Origin: Gammaproteobacteria bacterium
GTDB lineage: Bacteria; Pseudomonadota; Gammaproteobacteria; SURF-13
Assembly: GCA_003599485.1 (NCBI GenBank)
Contig: QZKM01000048.1
Location: forward strand, 10,428 to 74,427
Direction: 5' to 3'
DNA: 64,000 bases
Positions 8,412 through 19,556 of this stretch are shown here, one piece after another; position 1 is the stretch's first letter, and every line of letters starts with the position of its first letter. The notes under the pieces were generated by a model. That model was not told the origin of the DNA, did no database searches, and saw only the letters and a program-made list of their open reading frames with translations. The position numbers and the translations under genes were made by a program.

Positions 8412-11400
8412 GCATTCTTTCCGGTAGGTTCAGGCGCCGTCTCTGTCGGTCGTATTCGATCTGTAGCGTGGCGGAGCGCTTGCGGTCGCTGATGTCGACA
8501 AAACACGCACCGCCGATGAATGGCTCCAGGGTCATCACGGACTTCAGCGGTGTGGCAACGATCATCTGGAAACCGAAGTTGGTGAAAATTTTCATCGCCA
8601 GTTCGGTGAACTCGTTGTCTGCCTTGCCGAAGGCTTCATCCAGCACGACCGGCGCATACAGCGGCAACCCGCTGTCGCTGCCACCCAACTGGTAGCGCAG
8701 TGCGGCCGCGAGGCAGGTGGTGGCGAGTTTTTCGCGCTGGCCGCCGGACTTTCCCGCACCCGTGCGGTAAATTTCCACCTCCTGGCCGGCCTTGTCGTAT
8801 TCGCGTCCCATGAACTCCACGTGCTGGCGCACATCGAGGACCAGTTCCCGCCAGCGCTGATGCTCGCTTTCCGCCGAACCCAGCCTGTTCACCAGTTCGC
8901 GCAGGATACCAAAACGCGCCTCCGCACCCTCCGCGTCTGTAAGCCATGCGTTGTCCAGCACCTGTTTTACCTGTTCGCGAAATACCCTGACCTCCGGCAG
9001 ATAGCGGTCGTTGACGACAATCTCCAGGTGCGTGCCGTGACCGAACTCTGCCTGGGATAGACTCTCGTTCACTAGGTCCATGCGCTCACGTATCTCCTTG
9101 CGGGCCTTGGCAAGGTGGGTATTGAGCGCCGCCAGGTTCTCCGTACTCTGCTCCTTGAGCATGTCGAAAAAACGCTGCTCGTGCTTCGGCAGCCCATCGT
9201 GCTCCAGCCGCTCCAGCAGGACCATGAAATCCGGCGCCGAGGCCAAGGTCTCGTCCAGATCGCCGGCGTGTTCTCTCCATTCTCCGAGAAAACGGCTGAA
9301 GCATTTCTCGATCACCTGCTTCAAACTGCCCTGCTCGGTTTGCAGGCCTTCGATTTCCTTGCCAATTCCCCGCTCCACCGCGGTTCGTTGGCTTTCCAGA
9401 TTCTTGAGGGTGACCGGCTTGTCAATCGCCTCGAAGCGCGCCTTAAGCGCCTGCTGTTGATAATCAGTGAGCACGGCGGACTGCAGTTGCAGCCGCAACT
9501 CATCCAGTTCGTGACCATACTGATCGATTTGCTTTTTAACAACTATGCGTTCGGCACGCATGGCATTCAAGGCATCTTCAGCTTCCTTGAGCTTTGTCCG
9601 CTGTTGCATGATACGCTCGCCCAATTCCTTCAAAACACGGTTTCCGTCACTGAACTCGGCCAGCATCTTGTCTAGCGCATGAATACGATCCAGCATGCTG
9701 GCTACGTCGATCTCCTGCCATTGCAGATTGGTCAGAGTCTGGCAGGCCATGAGCCGCTCTTCCCGTTTCTCGCGGTCGGCCTCCAGTTGTTCTAGCTCTC
9801 GTCTGACCCGGCCGATCTCATCGGCCAATTGCTGCGCCCGCTCTTGATAAAGTCGCCGCTTTTCGCGGTTGTCGAAACCCAAAACCCACCCATGCGGGTC
9901 ATCGATGGGTCGCCGGTCGTCTTTCTCGTGCCGGGACCTGCCATGACGTACTTGACCTTCGCGCGTGACGGCCCGTTCGGTCTGGCGAAAATCCCTCATG
10001 TTGTCGACACAGGCGTAATCGAAACGGCGCCTGAACTCTGCGTCGAGCCAAGGCCGATAGGCGTTGTCCTTGAACAACAGCTTGTTGACCAGCGACCAAC
10101 TTTGCACCGGTTGCGTTGTGGATGTAATCGTGTCGGCCGCAACCCGGTGGTAAACCAAGCGTTGATTCAGGCGGGTCTCGTTAACGTAACTGGAGACGCC
10201 CGCGTAATGGCGCTCCTCGACGAGGAGCGAGAGCGCGAACCCTCGCAACACCCGCTCCACCGCGCCCTGCCACTCGGCGGCTTCCTTCCTGACCTCAATC
10301 AGTTCGCCGGCAAACGGCAAATCGCTTTCTGGCAAGCCGAGGGCGGTAGTCAGTTGCCGGCGCAGGTCCAGCATGTGGGCCGGAATATTGGAGGGCTGGC
10401 GCTGCATGGCCTCGACTTCCCGGCGCGTCTCGGAAAAACTCTTCTCCGCCTCGCGCTGGCGGACGTTCAGCGCATCGCGCTGCTCATCGGCGCGCCGGTT
10501 TGCCTCTCTGCGGCCCTCCAATATTCCCCGCGCCTCGGCGGCGAGCTCTGCAAACCCCTGTGGTGTATCCGGAAGCGAGCGGCCGAGCGTCTTACAGGCC
10601 GTTTCCGCTTGCCCGCGTTTGGCCATCCGGTCGTCCCGTTGCTGCTCGGCGGATTTCCTGTCCCGTTCCAGCTCCTGGATGCGCACGCCGCCTTGCTCCC
10701 GATGCTCCGCTTCCAGCAGGGCAAGCTGTGTCTTGTTATTGTCCAGCATCTCCTGCTGCCGGCGCTCCTCCCCCTCCAGCCCCTGATCCTGAGTCCGCAG
10801 GCGCTCGATTTCCTCGTCCAGCAGCTTCACCTTGCAACGGTCGCGGTAGGCATCGACACCGGCCCGCAACTCCTCCAGCCGGACCAGTTGCTCGCTATTC
10901 GATAGGAATTTTCGATGGTCGTCCCGCGCCGGACGCAGGGTATTCACCTGCCTGCGGGCCGTCACGACGGCTTGGTGGGCCGCGTCCAGTTCGGCAAATT
11001 CCTTCACCATGCGCTCAGTGACCTCGAAGGTGGGCGGCCGGTCGAGCATGTAGTCGCGAAGAAAGCTGTTAAGGTCACCGAGGTTCTTGGCCGACTGCGT
11101 CTTGTGCAGGAGCTTGAGCGCCATCTCCGACTCGATACCGAGCAGGCGGCGAAAGTGTTCGCCGTAAGCGCTGAACGTTTCGAAGTGGCGCACGTCCGAC
11201 AATTTGTGCTTGAGGTTACGCAGGTCCAAATCGAACTCCTTGAGTTCCGTCGCGATGTTGAAGGAACGCTCCGAAACCATGAAATGGTGCCGCACATCCG
11301 CAGCGCGGCTGGCGCTGCCGCGCAACCAGAGAATCTGCACAAGGCTCGCGCTCTGGCCAGCAAGGTTGGCGTACTCGACCGCCAGCGCCGACCAGGTAGT

Positions 11401-11730
11401 GCCTGTCCGCAGGTATTGCGAAGCGATCTCGCCGGAATCGTTGTCCGTTTGATCCGCCCAAGCACCGCGTATATAGGATACCCAGTGCCGATCATGACGC
11501 CCCTTCTCGCCCTCTCGCGCCGCGGCGTTGAACACCAACCATTGAGGCGGCGCGAGCAACGCGGACAGGGCATCGAGCACCGTGGATTTCCCGGAGCCCG
11601 AGCGCCCCACAAACAGGAAGCCTTCTTCGGTGATGGGAATATCGTGCAAACCGGAGAAGGTTCCCCAGTTGAATACCTGCAGGCGGCGCATCCGATATTG
11701 CTGCGCCGGCCACAGTCCCTGCATCAGCAT
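8389..11730 (-). CDS. jetC: Wadjet JetC (MksB-like SMC-family ATPase)
   Basis: About 1110 aa. N-terminal Walker A GRSGSGKST, very long E/R/Q/L-rich coiled coil, C-terminal Walker B VVLDEAFGKAD. Probable start is the ATG at 11730, immediately after the jetB stop; the track ORF extends to 11811. Confidence 0.85.
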   Translation of the reverse strand: MLMQGLWPAQQYRMRRLQVFNWGTFSGLHDIPITEEGFLFVGRSGSGKSTVLDALSALLAPPQWLVFNAAAREGEKGRHDRHWVSYIRGAWADQTDNDSGEIASQYLRTGTTWSALAVEYANLAGQSASLVQILWLRGSASRAADVRHHFMVSERSFNIATELKEFDLDLRNLKHKLSDVRHFETFSAYGEHFRRLLGIESEMALKLLHKTQSAKNLGDLNSFLRDYMLDRPPTFEVTERMVKEFAELDAAHQAVVTARRQVNTLRPARDDHRKFLSNSEQLVRLEELRAGVDAYRDRCKVKLLDEEIERLRTQDQGLEGEERRQQEMLDNNKTQLALLEAEHREQGGVRIQELERDRKSAEQQRDDRMAKRGQAETACKTLGRSLPDTPQGFAELAAEARGILEGRREANRRADEQRDALNVRQREAEKSFSETRREVEAMQRQPSNIPAHMLDLRRQLTTALGLPESDLPFAGELIEVRKEAAEWQGAVERVLRGFALSLLVEERHYAGVSSYVNETRLNQRLVYHRVAADTITSTTQPVQSWSLVNKLLFKDNAYRPWLDAEFRRRFDYACVDNMRDFRQTERAVTREGQVRHGRSRHEKDDRRPIDDPHGWVLGFDNREKRRLYQERAQQLADEIGRVRRELEQLEADREKREERLMACQTLTNLQWQEIDVASMLDRIHALDKMLAEFSDGNRVLKELGERIMQQRTKLKEAEDALNAMRAERIVVKKQIDQYGHELDELRLQLQSAVLTDYQQQALKARFEAIDKPVTLKNLESQRTAVERGIGKEIEGLQTEQGSLKQVIEKCFSRFLGEWREHAGDLDETLASAPDFMVLLERLEHDGLPKHEQRFFDMLKEQSTENLAALNTHLAKARKEIRERMDLVNESLSQAEFGHGTHLEIVVNDRYLPEVRVFREQVKQVLDNAWLTDAEGAEARFGILRELVNRLGSAESEHQRWRELVLDVRQHVEFMGREYDKAGQEVEIYRTGAGKSGGQREKLATTCLAAALRYQLGGSDSGLPLYAPVVLDEAFGKADNEFTELAMKIFTNFGFQMIVATPLKSVMTLEPFIGGACFVDISDRKRSATLQIEYDRQRRRLNLPERMRGEVVSN

Positions 11731-11731
11731 C

Positions 11732-12400
11732 TCATCCTGTCGCATCAGCGGGATCCTCGGGTGACTCGTCGCGGAGCGCGGCGTACTGCCGGCTGAGCGC
11801 AGCAATCTCATCGGCGCTGAACAGCAGTTTCAGAGTGGGGGATATCTCATAACGATCTTCACTGGCTCGGATCGGGCTGATGATGCTGTGGTCCTTCACT
11901 TTCTCGATGGCCGCCCGGATGCGTTTTTCGAACCCGGCCCGATCGGCATTCTCGCGCGGTTCATACAGCTTCATCTGCTCCACCATCTCCGAACCCGAAA
12001 CCACGGCCCGCTCCCCTCGGGCCGCCGCCTCCGTGAGTAATTGACGGAGATAGAGAAGCAGAACCGACTGGATAAAGGTCAACGGCGCGCGCCGCAATAA
12101 GATCGGCGTATCCAGCTCGCCCGTATCCGCCTGGCGCGTGAATGCCACTTCAAGATCGTCGTCCAGCACCAATTCCAGGAACAGTTCGGCGAGGCGCGCG
12201 CGGATCATTGCTTCGTGCCGCCGTAACGCCGGCCACAGCTTGCCATGACGCTTGCTGTCGAGCGACGGACCCGCAAGCAGTTGCACCAAGACACGGCGCG
12301 CCTCTTCCGGGAGCTGGCCAGTGTCGCCAGGATAAAGCCCTGGGTCCTGCAACCCCTCGCTCACGCTATTCGGGATCTCGGTCCTTTCATCGTGATTCAT
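11732..12400 (-). CDS. jetB: Wadjet JetB (MksE-like, DUF4194-type)
   Basis: 222-aa acidic protein between the kleisin-like and SMC-like genes. Overlaps jetA by 14 nt. Confidence 0.75.
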   Translation of the reverse strand: MNHDERTEIPNSVSEGLQDPGLYPGDTGQLPEEARRVLVQLLAGPSLDSKRHGKLWPALRRHEAMIRARLAELFLELVLDDDLEVAFTRQADTGELDTPILLRRAPLTFIQSVLLLYLRQLLTEAAARGERAVVSGSEMVEQMKLYEPRENADRAGFEKRIRAAIEKVKDHSIISPIRASEDRYEISPTLKLLFSADEIAALSRQYAALRDESPEDPADATG

Positions 12401-13847
12401 CGAGGCATCCTTTCACGAAATAGACACATGGAATATGAGCCCGGCGCTCCACGCCGTCGAGCCCCGTCCAATGCACCGTTTCCTTGCGCTGGGCCAGCAC
12501 GCCGTGGCGCGAACCCAGTGCCATGTAACCGACGACGCTGCCAAGGCCCTGCTCGGCGGGATGCGCGTCCAGTATCTCCGCGATGGATACTTGATCGCGT
12601 TCTTCGAGCAGGGCCTGCACGTGTCCTTTCAGGCCCCGAAAATCGATTTCCGAGTGTGCAACCAATTCACTCACCGCCTCCAGAGATATTTCCGCCGCTT
12701 CGGCGAGCGGGATACCGGCATCCACCCGGTCGAGGCTCGGATCGTGCGGGCGAAACTGGGACAGCGAACCAAGCTTGCTACTGGTGAGATGCAATGTGTG
12801 CCCGATTTCGTCCGTGGGTTTGACGCGGTCCTTGATTTCGACAGCGAGACGCTGGGCCTCCTTGAGCAACTGGTTCAGGCGGCGCTGCTCCATGTATTCA
12901 CGGCTCTGCACGAACTGCTTCAGGCTACGCGCAAAATATTGCAGGGCATCATGCACGTCGCCACCGCGTTCCAGCAGCAGTTTGGTCATGCCGGACAGGA
13001 ACCGCCGCTCCTGGCGATCCAGCGTTCGCGCGAATTCCCTCGACAACAATCGCTCCAAGGCCTCCTCCAACTCCATGCTCTGCTGGGGGTCGGTGAGCAA
13101 GCGCCAGAAGGCCTTGAAGGTACGCCCGGCGTCGCTCGCGGCGATCACGTCCACTCCGGTAAACAGTTCTTCCAGCACTTCACCCCGGGCGCCTTCGCTT
13201 TCCACGATCCGCTCGCGCAACTGGCGATTGAGCTGGTGGAACTGGTCGCGCACCTGCCGAAAGTCGTTGGCCAACTCATCCGCAAGTGCAACGATTTCCC
13301 GCGCGCGCTCCAGAGCCCTGTCCGCCGGCAAGGCTTCGACTCGCCCCGCGCGAACGGCATCGATCTCGGCATCGAGGCGCGCCCGTTCCCGGATCAGTTT
13401 CTCGACGCGCGACTCTGGATCGGTTTCGGTCTGCTCGGCCAACTGTACCAATTGCTGAATCACCAAGGACAGTCGGCTTTCCGTGGCAACCGTGCGCTTC
13501 TGGCCCAGACTCTCGACAAAGCGAATGGCCTGGATAGCCGAGGCACTGAGTTCGTAAACCTCCTCGCTCGCCCCGGCTTGGTACGAACGTTCGAGATACC
13601 CGTCCGCCAACCACTGGCTCAGGTAAGCCTGCGCGGATTGCGGTAGCTCCCAGTCTTCCGCGCGCAGCGAATCCAAATCCCGTCCGATGCGCTCGCTCAG
13701 AATCGAGCTGGGGAGACGACGCTCTCCCTCGAACAAGTGGCTCCGCAAGAGACCAATGACAACCGGCGCGTTATCCGCCGCCAACAGTCGCCACGCCGTT
13801 TTGTTGCGTAGACGTTGGTTGCTTGCGACTTGATGAGCTGACTTCAT
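12387..13847 (-). CDS. jetA: Wadjet JetA (MksF-like kleisin, DUF3375-type)
   Basis: 486 aa, first gene of the four-gene co-directional operon with overlapping ends. Size and position match JetA. Confidence 0.75.
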   Translation of the reverse strand: MKSAHQVASNQRLRNKTAWRLLAADNAPVVIGLLRSHLFEGERRLPSSILSERIGRDLDSLRAEDWELPQSAQAYLSQWLADGYLERSYQAGASEEVYELSASAIQAIRFVESLGQKRTVATESRLSLVIQQLVQLAEQTETDPESRVEKLIRERARLDAEIDAVRAGRVEALPADRALERAREIVALADELANDFRQVRDQFHQLNRQLRERIVESEGARGEVLEELFTGVDVIAASDAGRTFKAFWRLLTDPQQSMELEEALERLLSREFARTLDRQERRFLSGMTKLLLERGGDVHDALQYFARSLKQFVQSREYMEQRRLNQLLKEAQRLAVEIKDRVKPTDEIGHTLHLTSSKLGSLSQFRPHDPSLDRVDAGIPLAEAAEISLEAVSELVAHSEIDFRGLKGHVQALLEERDQVSIAEILDAHPAEQGLGSVVGYMALGSRHGVLAQRKETVHWTGLDGVERRAHIPCVYFVKGCLDESR

Positions 13848-14082
13848 TAACGGCCACCCAAACCCTCAGGAGACAACTGTTCAGGCGCGCATCCACTTCG
13901 GAAGAATTTGAGCGTGCGCGTAAACATTTCCGCGTAAACGGCCTTCTCCTCATTCGAGGCTGTCCCCAGCACCCCGGCCTAATCAAGTGCCGTTTCCCAA
14001 TTCTGGCGGAAACTGGCGCACCTTTTTCGAGGTAGAGTCATAGCCCATATCTTCGACAAAGTTGTATCCGCCTATTCCGGAT

Positions 14083-14445
<363 letters not shown>

Positions 14446-14502
14446 TCACACCCTCTCCCCTGCCCAAACCCTTCACTTCGATTTTCCCTGAAGGGAGGGG
14501 GC

Positions 14503-16128
14503 TTAGCTATCTCTCCCGCCCCACGTAATAGGATAACGCCGATCGCGGCCAAAGGCACGCGGGGTGATGCGCACACCGGGTGCGGCCTGGCGGCGTTTGT
14601 ATTCGTTGCGGTCCACCATGCGGATCACGCGCCGCACGGTTTGTTCGTCGAAGCCCGCGGCGATAATGTCCTCCGGCCGTTTGTCTTGTTCGACATACAG
14701 CTTGAGTATGGGATCGAGCACGGAATAAGGCGGCAGCGCATCGGTGTCTTTTTGGCCGGGCGCGAGTTCCGCCGTGGGCGCGCGCTCAAACACGCGCCGT
14801 GGAATCACCGGCTGGATGCGATTGCGGTATTCCGCGAGGCGGTACACGAGCAGCTTGGGCACGTCCTTGAGCGGCGCGAAACCGCCCGCCATGTCGCCGT
14901 ACAGCGTGGCGTAGCCCACCGACATCTCGCTCTTGTTGCCGGTGGAGAGCACGATGTTGCGTTTTTTATTGGCGATGGCCATGAGTACCACACCGCGGCA
15001 GCGCGCCTGGATATTTTCTTCCGTGACATCGGCGGGCAGTCCGGCGAATTCCTGTTTCAGACTGTCCAAAAATGCCTGAAAAGAAGGCTCAATGGAGATC
15101 AGGCTGTGTTTCACACCGAGGGCCTCGGCCACTGCCTTGCCGTCCTCAATACTGATGGGGGCGGTGTAGCGCGAGGGCATGAGCACCGCCTCGACACGTT
15201 CGGCGCCCAGGGCGTCCACGGCGACGGCCAGGGTCAAGGCGGAATCTATACCGCCGGAAACGCCGATCACCACGCCGTTGAAACCGTTTTTGTTCACATA
15301 ATCGCGCACGCCCAGCACCAGTGCTTGATACGCGCTTTGCTCCTCGCTTAACGGCGCGCGGCGCTCGCCCGGCTGCACAACGACGTTACCGTTCACCTGC
15401 AAATCCAATGGGAACAGGCCTTCGGCAAAGGCCGGTGCGCGCAGCATGAGTTGGCCCTCAGCGTCCACCGCGAGCGATTCACCGTCGAACACCAGTTCGT
15501 CCTGCCCGCCCACGAGATTGACGTAGACGATGGGCATCTCGCCCTGTTGCGCACGTTGCCTGAGCAACGCCACGCGTTCTTCGCCCTTGGCAAGGTGAAA
15601 CGGCGAGGCGTTGATGTTGATGAGCAGCCGTGCGCCGGCCTCGCGCGCCTGCCGTATCGGCCCCGGCATCCAGATGTCCTCGCAAATGCTGAGCGCCGTG
15701 GGCACACCCTCGATATCCACCACGCAGGCCCGATCGCCCGCGACAAAATAGCGCTTTTCGTCAAACACGCCGTAATTCGGCAGATGCTGTTTGAAGTAAC
15801 GCGCAAGGATGACGTCATCGCACAACAACGCGGCGGCATTATAGAGACGATGGTCTTCTTGATGCGGATAGCCGAACACTGCGGCGATGCCATTTATCCC
15901 GCGCTTCAACTCCTCGATGCCTTCCCGCACCTGCGCGTGCAGGTCAGGGCGCAGCAGCAAGTCCTCCGGCGGATAGCCGGTGAGCGCGAGTTCGGGAAAC
16001 ACAGCCACGTCGGCGCGCAGTTCGTCGCGCGCTTGATGCGCCGCGGCGATGATCTTGCACACATTACCGCGCACGTCGCCCACGCATAGATTGAGCTGGG
16101 CGGCGGCGATGCGTAAACGCGTGCTCAT
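14503..16128 (-). CDS. nadE: glutamine-dependent NAD+ synthetase
   Basis: 541 aa: N-terminal CN-hydrolase domain plus C-terminal NAD synthetase with P-loop SGGIDSAL. Start overlaps the sucD stop. Confidence 0.9.
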   Translation of the reverse strand: MSTRLRIAAAQLNLCVGDVRGNVCKIIAAAHQARDELRADVAVFPELALTGYPPEDLLLRPDLHAQVREGIEELKRGINGIAAVFGYPHQEDHRLYNAAALLCDDVILARYFKQHLPNYGVFDEKRYFVAGDRACVVDIEGVPTALSICEDIWMPGPIRQAREAGARLLININASPFHLAKGEERVALLRQRAQQGEMPIVYVNLVGGQDELVFDGESLAVDAEGQLMLRAPAFAEGLFPLDLQVNGNVVVQPGERRAPLSEEQSAYQALVLGVRDYVNKNGFNGVVIGVSGGIDSALTLAVAVDALGAERVEAVLMPSRYTAPISIEDGKAVAEALGVKHSLISIEPSFQAFLDSLKQEFAGLPADVTEENIQARCRGVVLMAIANKKRNIVLSTGNKSEMSVGYATLYGDMAGGFAPLKDVPKLLVYRLAEYRNRIQPVIPRRVFERAPTAELAPGQKDTDALPPYSVLDPILKLYVEQDKRPEDIIAAGFDEQTVRRVIRMVDRNEYKRRQAAPGVRITPRAFGRDRRYPITWGGRDS

Positions 16129-17021
16129 CGCGAGGCGGATTTTTTCGCGCGCTGCATCAGCGCGGCCATGGCCTCCCCCATCCCGGCGGGCGAGCGCGCG
16201 ACCACCACGCCCGCCGCCTCCAGCGCGGCGATTTTGTGCGCCGCCGTACCCGCGCCGCCGGAGATGATCGCGCCCGCGTGCCCCATGCGTTTGCCGGGCG
16301 GCGCAGTTTGTCCCGCGATGTAGGCGGCCACGGGCTTGCGCACGTGCGTCTTGATATAGCCGGCGGCGGCCTCTTCCGCCGTGCCGCCGATCTCACCGAC
16401 CAGAATGATGCCCTCGGTCTCTGGGTCTTGCTCGAACAACTCCAGGCAGTCAATGAAATTCATGCCCTGGATCGGGTCGCCGCCGATGCCGACGCAGGTG
16501 CTTTGCCCCAGGCCGTTTTGCGTGGTCTGGTGCACCGCCTCATAAGTCAGCGTGCCGGAGCGCGACACAATGCCAATGCGGCCGGGCTTGTGGATCGCGC
16601 CCGGCATAATGCCGATCTTGCATTCACCGGGCGTGATGACGCCGGGACAGTTCGGGCCGATGAGCCTCACGGCGGGATAATTTTTCAGCGCGGCCTTGAT
16701 GTTCAACATGTCAAGCACCGGTATGCCTTCGGTGATGCATACGATGACCTTGATACCCGCGTCCGCCGCTTCCAGTATCGCGTCCATCGCAAACGGCGCG
16801 GGCACGTAAATCATGCTCGCATCCGCACCGGTCTCTTGCACCGCCGCGCGCACGGTATTGAACACCGGCAGGCCGAGATGCATCTCCCCGTCCTTGCCCG
16901 GCGTCACACCGCCGACCATGTTCGTACCATAGGCGATGGCCTGCTCGGAGTGAAACGTGCCCTGTTTGCCTGTGAAGCCTTGGCAAATGACACGGGTGTT
17001 TTTATTGACGAGGATGCTCAT
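16125..17021 (-). CDS. sucD: succinyl-CoA synthetase alpha subunit
   Basis: CoA-binding and phospho-His region ([10 protein letters not shown]). The ATG overlaps the stop of the upstream methyltransferase (ATGA). Confidence 0.95.
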   Translation of the reverse strand: MSILVNKNTRVICQGFTGKQGTFHSEQAIAYGTNMVGGVTPGKDGEMHLGLPVFNTVRAAVQETGADASMIYVPAPFAMDAILEAADAGIKVIVCITEGIPVLDMLNIKAALKNYPAVRLIGPNCPGVITPGECKIGIMPGAIHKPGRIGIVSRSGTLTYEAVHQTTQNGLGQSTCVGIGGDPIQGMNFIDCLELFEQDPETEGIILVGEIGGTAEEAAAGYIKTHVRKPVAAYIAGQTAPPGKRMGHAGAIISGGAGTAAHKIAALEAAGVVVARSPAGMGEAMAALMQRAKKSASR

Positions 17022-18589
17022 GATCGCTTGCTGACCTTGTATCTTGCACGCTCTTCACGAAGAGTAAATTCCAGTTGTGTTTCCCTCAATGGGGCCGCTA
17101 AACCGGCCTCACGCAGAGCGCGCTCCGACAGCGGCAGCCGTTCCAGTGCACGCGGCTCAACCTTCACTGCACCTCCACCATACGACTTTCCGACCAACAC
17201 AATATTGGCAACCGTATCCGGATGATTGAGCAATGCCCATAGGCGCTCAACAAAATTCGGCGCATCCGACAACGGGTAGACACACAAAAAGCCGGTAAGC
17301 GGAACGACTCCTGCACGGTTACGAATAAAGCGGGCATTGCGCCGTCCAAGATAGGCGAACAGGAATGGTGGAATAGCCCGCGTCTCCATCTTATACCACG
17401 GCTTGCGCGTCTTGATGAGCGGCTTATCAGGTAACCCAAGCCGCTCCCCACGCTTTAGATAGCGTCGCACGGACCAAGGGAACCGAGAGGGTAAGTTCCC
17501 ATTGGGGGAAAATAAAAAGGTAGGCCGTTGCTGAGCTTCAAGCCTGCGGAGATCGGCGTGAGTTAATTCGTCACCTGCAACATCTCTTGTCCGGCCAATT
17601 GCGGGGACAAGGAATTCTTTTTGCAGGCCAAGCGCCGTCACTCGTTCAGCAGTCAAAAAGAAATACTCATTAGCGCCAGTCGCAATCCCTCGCATCACTC
17701 TTGCGAAATCGGCGAGCACCGCAGGATGAGTCATAACTTGCGGTGGCCGGGATAATCCAGTAGCTATCCCTTCACAAACAAGCCGCCGCTGGACTGAGAG
17801 TGTGCCAGCCTCGACGGTCTTGAACCCGGATAGCACCCAAGCCCGCAACGCCAAGTTGTCCGGCTGGGTAACACGCGCCCAATGAAACTCCGCTCCGGGT
17901 GGAGCATTCTCAATCATGATGATGACAGGATTCGTATCGACACCGGGGAAAGGTGTAGCCATGTGATCAAACGTGATGACCGCATCGAGCCGGTAGTGCC
18001 TGGTAATCCATTGCCACAAGGTCCCGGCAAAAACCCCTTCGCAGGTGTCGGCAGGCACAATGAATGCCAGCCGACCACCCTGTTCAAGAAGCTGAAGGGC
18101 ACGCAGCAAGAAATGGATGTGGTAGCCCGCACGCGCATCGATAGCCACGCCAGTAAGCCGCATGCTAAATATCTTAAGCCTGGATTTAACATCTGCGGAC
18201 AAGCGGTGATGGCGGATATACGGTGGGTTTGCAACGATGGCCTTCAGCTTCGTGCGAGGCGGATCAAGCACAAAGTCGCGGACCTCGACGCCTGAAAGAT
18301 CGCGTGATTTGAGGCCTGATGTTTTTGCCTTATCCAAAATCGATTTATCAACTTCCGCGCCCTGCAAGCGCACACGAACATTTGCCAACTCCGCTACAGC
18401 CAGTGCAGCCCGGAAAAACGCCCCCATCCCCACCGCTGGATCGAAAATAGTACGATGCCCTCCGGCTATCGGGTAAGCAGCCATCGCCTGCGCTACCCAA
18501 GCGGGTGTCCAAAATTGGCCACTTTGCCGTAATTTCTCGCGCTCAGGCCCAGATGCCGGTAGTTTCTGTACAGCTTGCTCCGCCATCAT
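17018..18589 (-). CDS. type II N6-adenine DNA methyltransferase (gamma class, Eco57I/TaqI-like)
   Basis: Motif [12 protein letters not shown], motif [10 protein letters not shown], motif IV NPPY ([11 protein letters not shown]). C-terminal target-recognition region. Lower GC than flanks. Confidence 0.85.
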   Translation of the reverse strand: MMAEQAVQKLPASGPEREKLRQSGQFWTPAWVAQAMAAYPIAGGHRTIFDPAVGMGAFFRAALAVAELANVRVRLQGAEVDKSILDKAKTSGLKSRDLSGVEVRDFVLDPPRTKLKAIVANPPYIRHHRLSADVKSRLKIFSMRLTGVAIDARAGYHIHFLLRALQLLEQGGRLAFIVPADTCEGVFAGTLWQWITRHYRLDAVITFDHMATPFPGVDTNPVIIMIENAPPGAEFHWARVTQPDNLALRAWVLSGFKTVEAGTLSVQRRLVCEGIATGLSRPPQVMTHPAVLADFARVMRGIATGANEYFFLTAERVTALGLQKEFLVPAIGRTRDVAGDELTHADLRRLEAQQRPTFLFSPNGNLPSRFPWSVRRYLKRGERLGLPDKPLIKTRKPWYKMETRAIPPFLFAYLGRRNARFIRNRAGVVPLTGFLCVYPLSDAPNFVERLWALLNHPDTVANIVLVGKSYGGGAVKVEPRALERLPLSERALREAGLAAPLRETQLEFTLREERARYKVSKRS

Positions 18590-19542
18590 TTACGTTCCTT
18601 TGCGATACTGTTGAGCCTACTCAAAACATCATGGCTAAGCTCCAAACTTCCGCCCTCGAACCTTACGTAGGGGAGAATGTGGCCATTCTTGTCAGTAATG
18701 CAAGCCGGTAAAAGCCTGGGCTCCTGCTTCGCGGCTCCGAGTGGATAGGCATAGTGATAATAAAACTTGTAGATCGACTTGCGTGTGGTAGCCCCACCCG
18801 GAGCTTGAAATACCTGCTCTGTCGGCAGAATCAGTTTGCTACGAATCAATCGCTCAGCCTCATCGAATGCCAGACCGAAGGCAAGATCGTAAAACACATG
18901 CCAGACGTGAATCTTTATGCCAGTAGACTGTTGCCATTTGCGCAAAGGTTGCCGGTCTTCATCCTTAATAATCACAGTCGGCACTACCGCAGTCTTCTTT
19001 AGGCCCGGTTTGCCATTTAAGCGCCGCTGCGGACTCAACTCAGCGCCAAAGCCCGGCATTTGTGCGGCACGCCACAAGCTATTTTCACACTCAACTGCAA
19101 TAACACTTTCGGCGAGGATGGTCCGCATGCACCGGTCGGACTCCGCGGTGAATGGCAGCTCCGATATGCCGCCTATTTCCTTAACAAGGCGCTCAACAAC
19201 TGGTTGACTCGATTTCCGGAAAATCAGCAAATCCGGACGTTTGATCTTACCAAGCCCAGCTTTGTCCAGACGTTCAAAATAGAGTTCAAAGGCTCGCACA
19301 TCATCGTCAGGAGCCGTCCCGCTGGGCCCATAGGGCAATGCAAAGAATTCTCCAGCATTACTGATGGCCTCAATGATGCGATGCTCGCTCCATACGCCTT
19401 GTGACCATCTCATCAAAAAATCGCTGCCACGCAGGCGTCGAGGATTAAGCAGAAACTCGTGCCACCCGATATGACCCAGTGCCGACAATTCGAACGCAAT
19501 ATCCTCACTTGAGACACTAAGAATTTTCTCGAATGAGTGCAT
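18586..19542 (-). CDS. putative type II restriction endonuclease (partner of adjacent methyltransferase; PstI/BsuBI-like size)
   Basis: About 318 aa from the ATG at 19542 (RBS GGGGA), 15 nt after the sucC stop. Its stop overlaps the MTase start (ATGA). About 50% GC. No family recognised by eye. Confidence 0.5.
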   Translation of the reverse strand: MHSFEKILSVSSEDIAFELSALGHIGWHEFLLNPRRLRGSDFLMRWSQGVWSEHRIIEAISNAGEFFALPYGPSGTAPDDDVRAFELYFERLDKAGLGKIKRPDLLIFRKSSQPVVERLVKEIGGISELPFTAESDRCMRTILAESVIAVECENSLWRAAQMPGFGAELSPQRRLNGKPGLKKTAVVPTVIIKDEDRQPLRKWQQSTGIKIHVWHVFYDLAFGLAFDEAERLIRSKLILPTEQVFQAPGGATTRKSIYKFYYHYAYPLGAAKQEPRLLPACITDKNGHILPYVRFEGGSLELSHDVLSRLNSIAKERK

Positions 19543-19556
19543 TTGAAATCCCCGGC

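Noticed and set aside
9829-10905. 358-aa plus-strand ORF (and several 100–290-aa ORFs, e.g. 10915..11796 and 12435..13646) inside the Wadjet region
   Set aside because: They are antisense to jetC/jetA, which have clear Walker motifs and coiled-coil periodicity. These ORFs have low complexity and are Arg/Pro/Ala-rich, typical of antisense high-GC artefacts.
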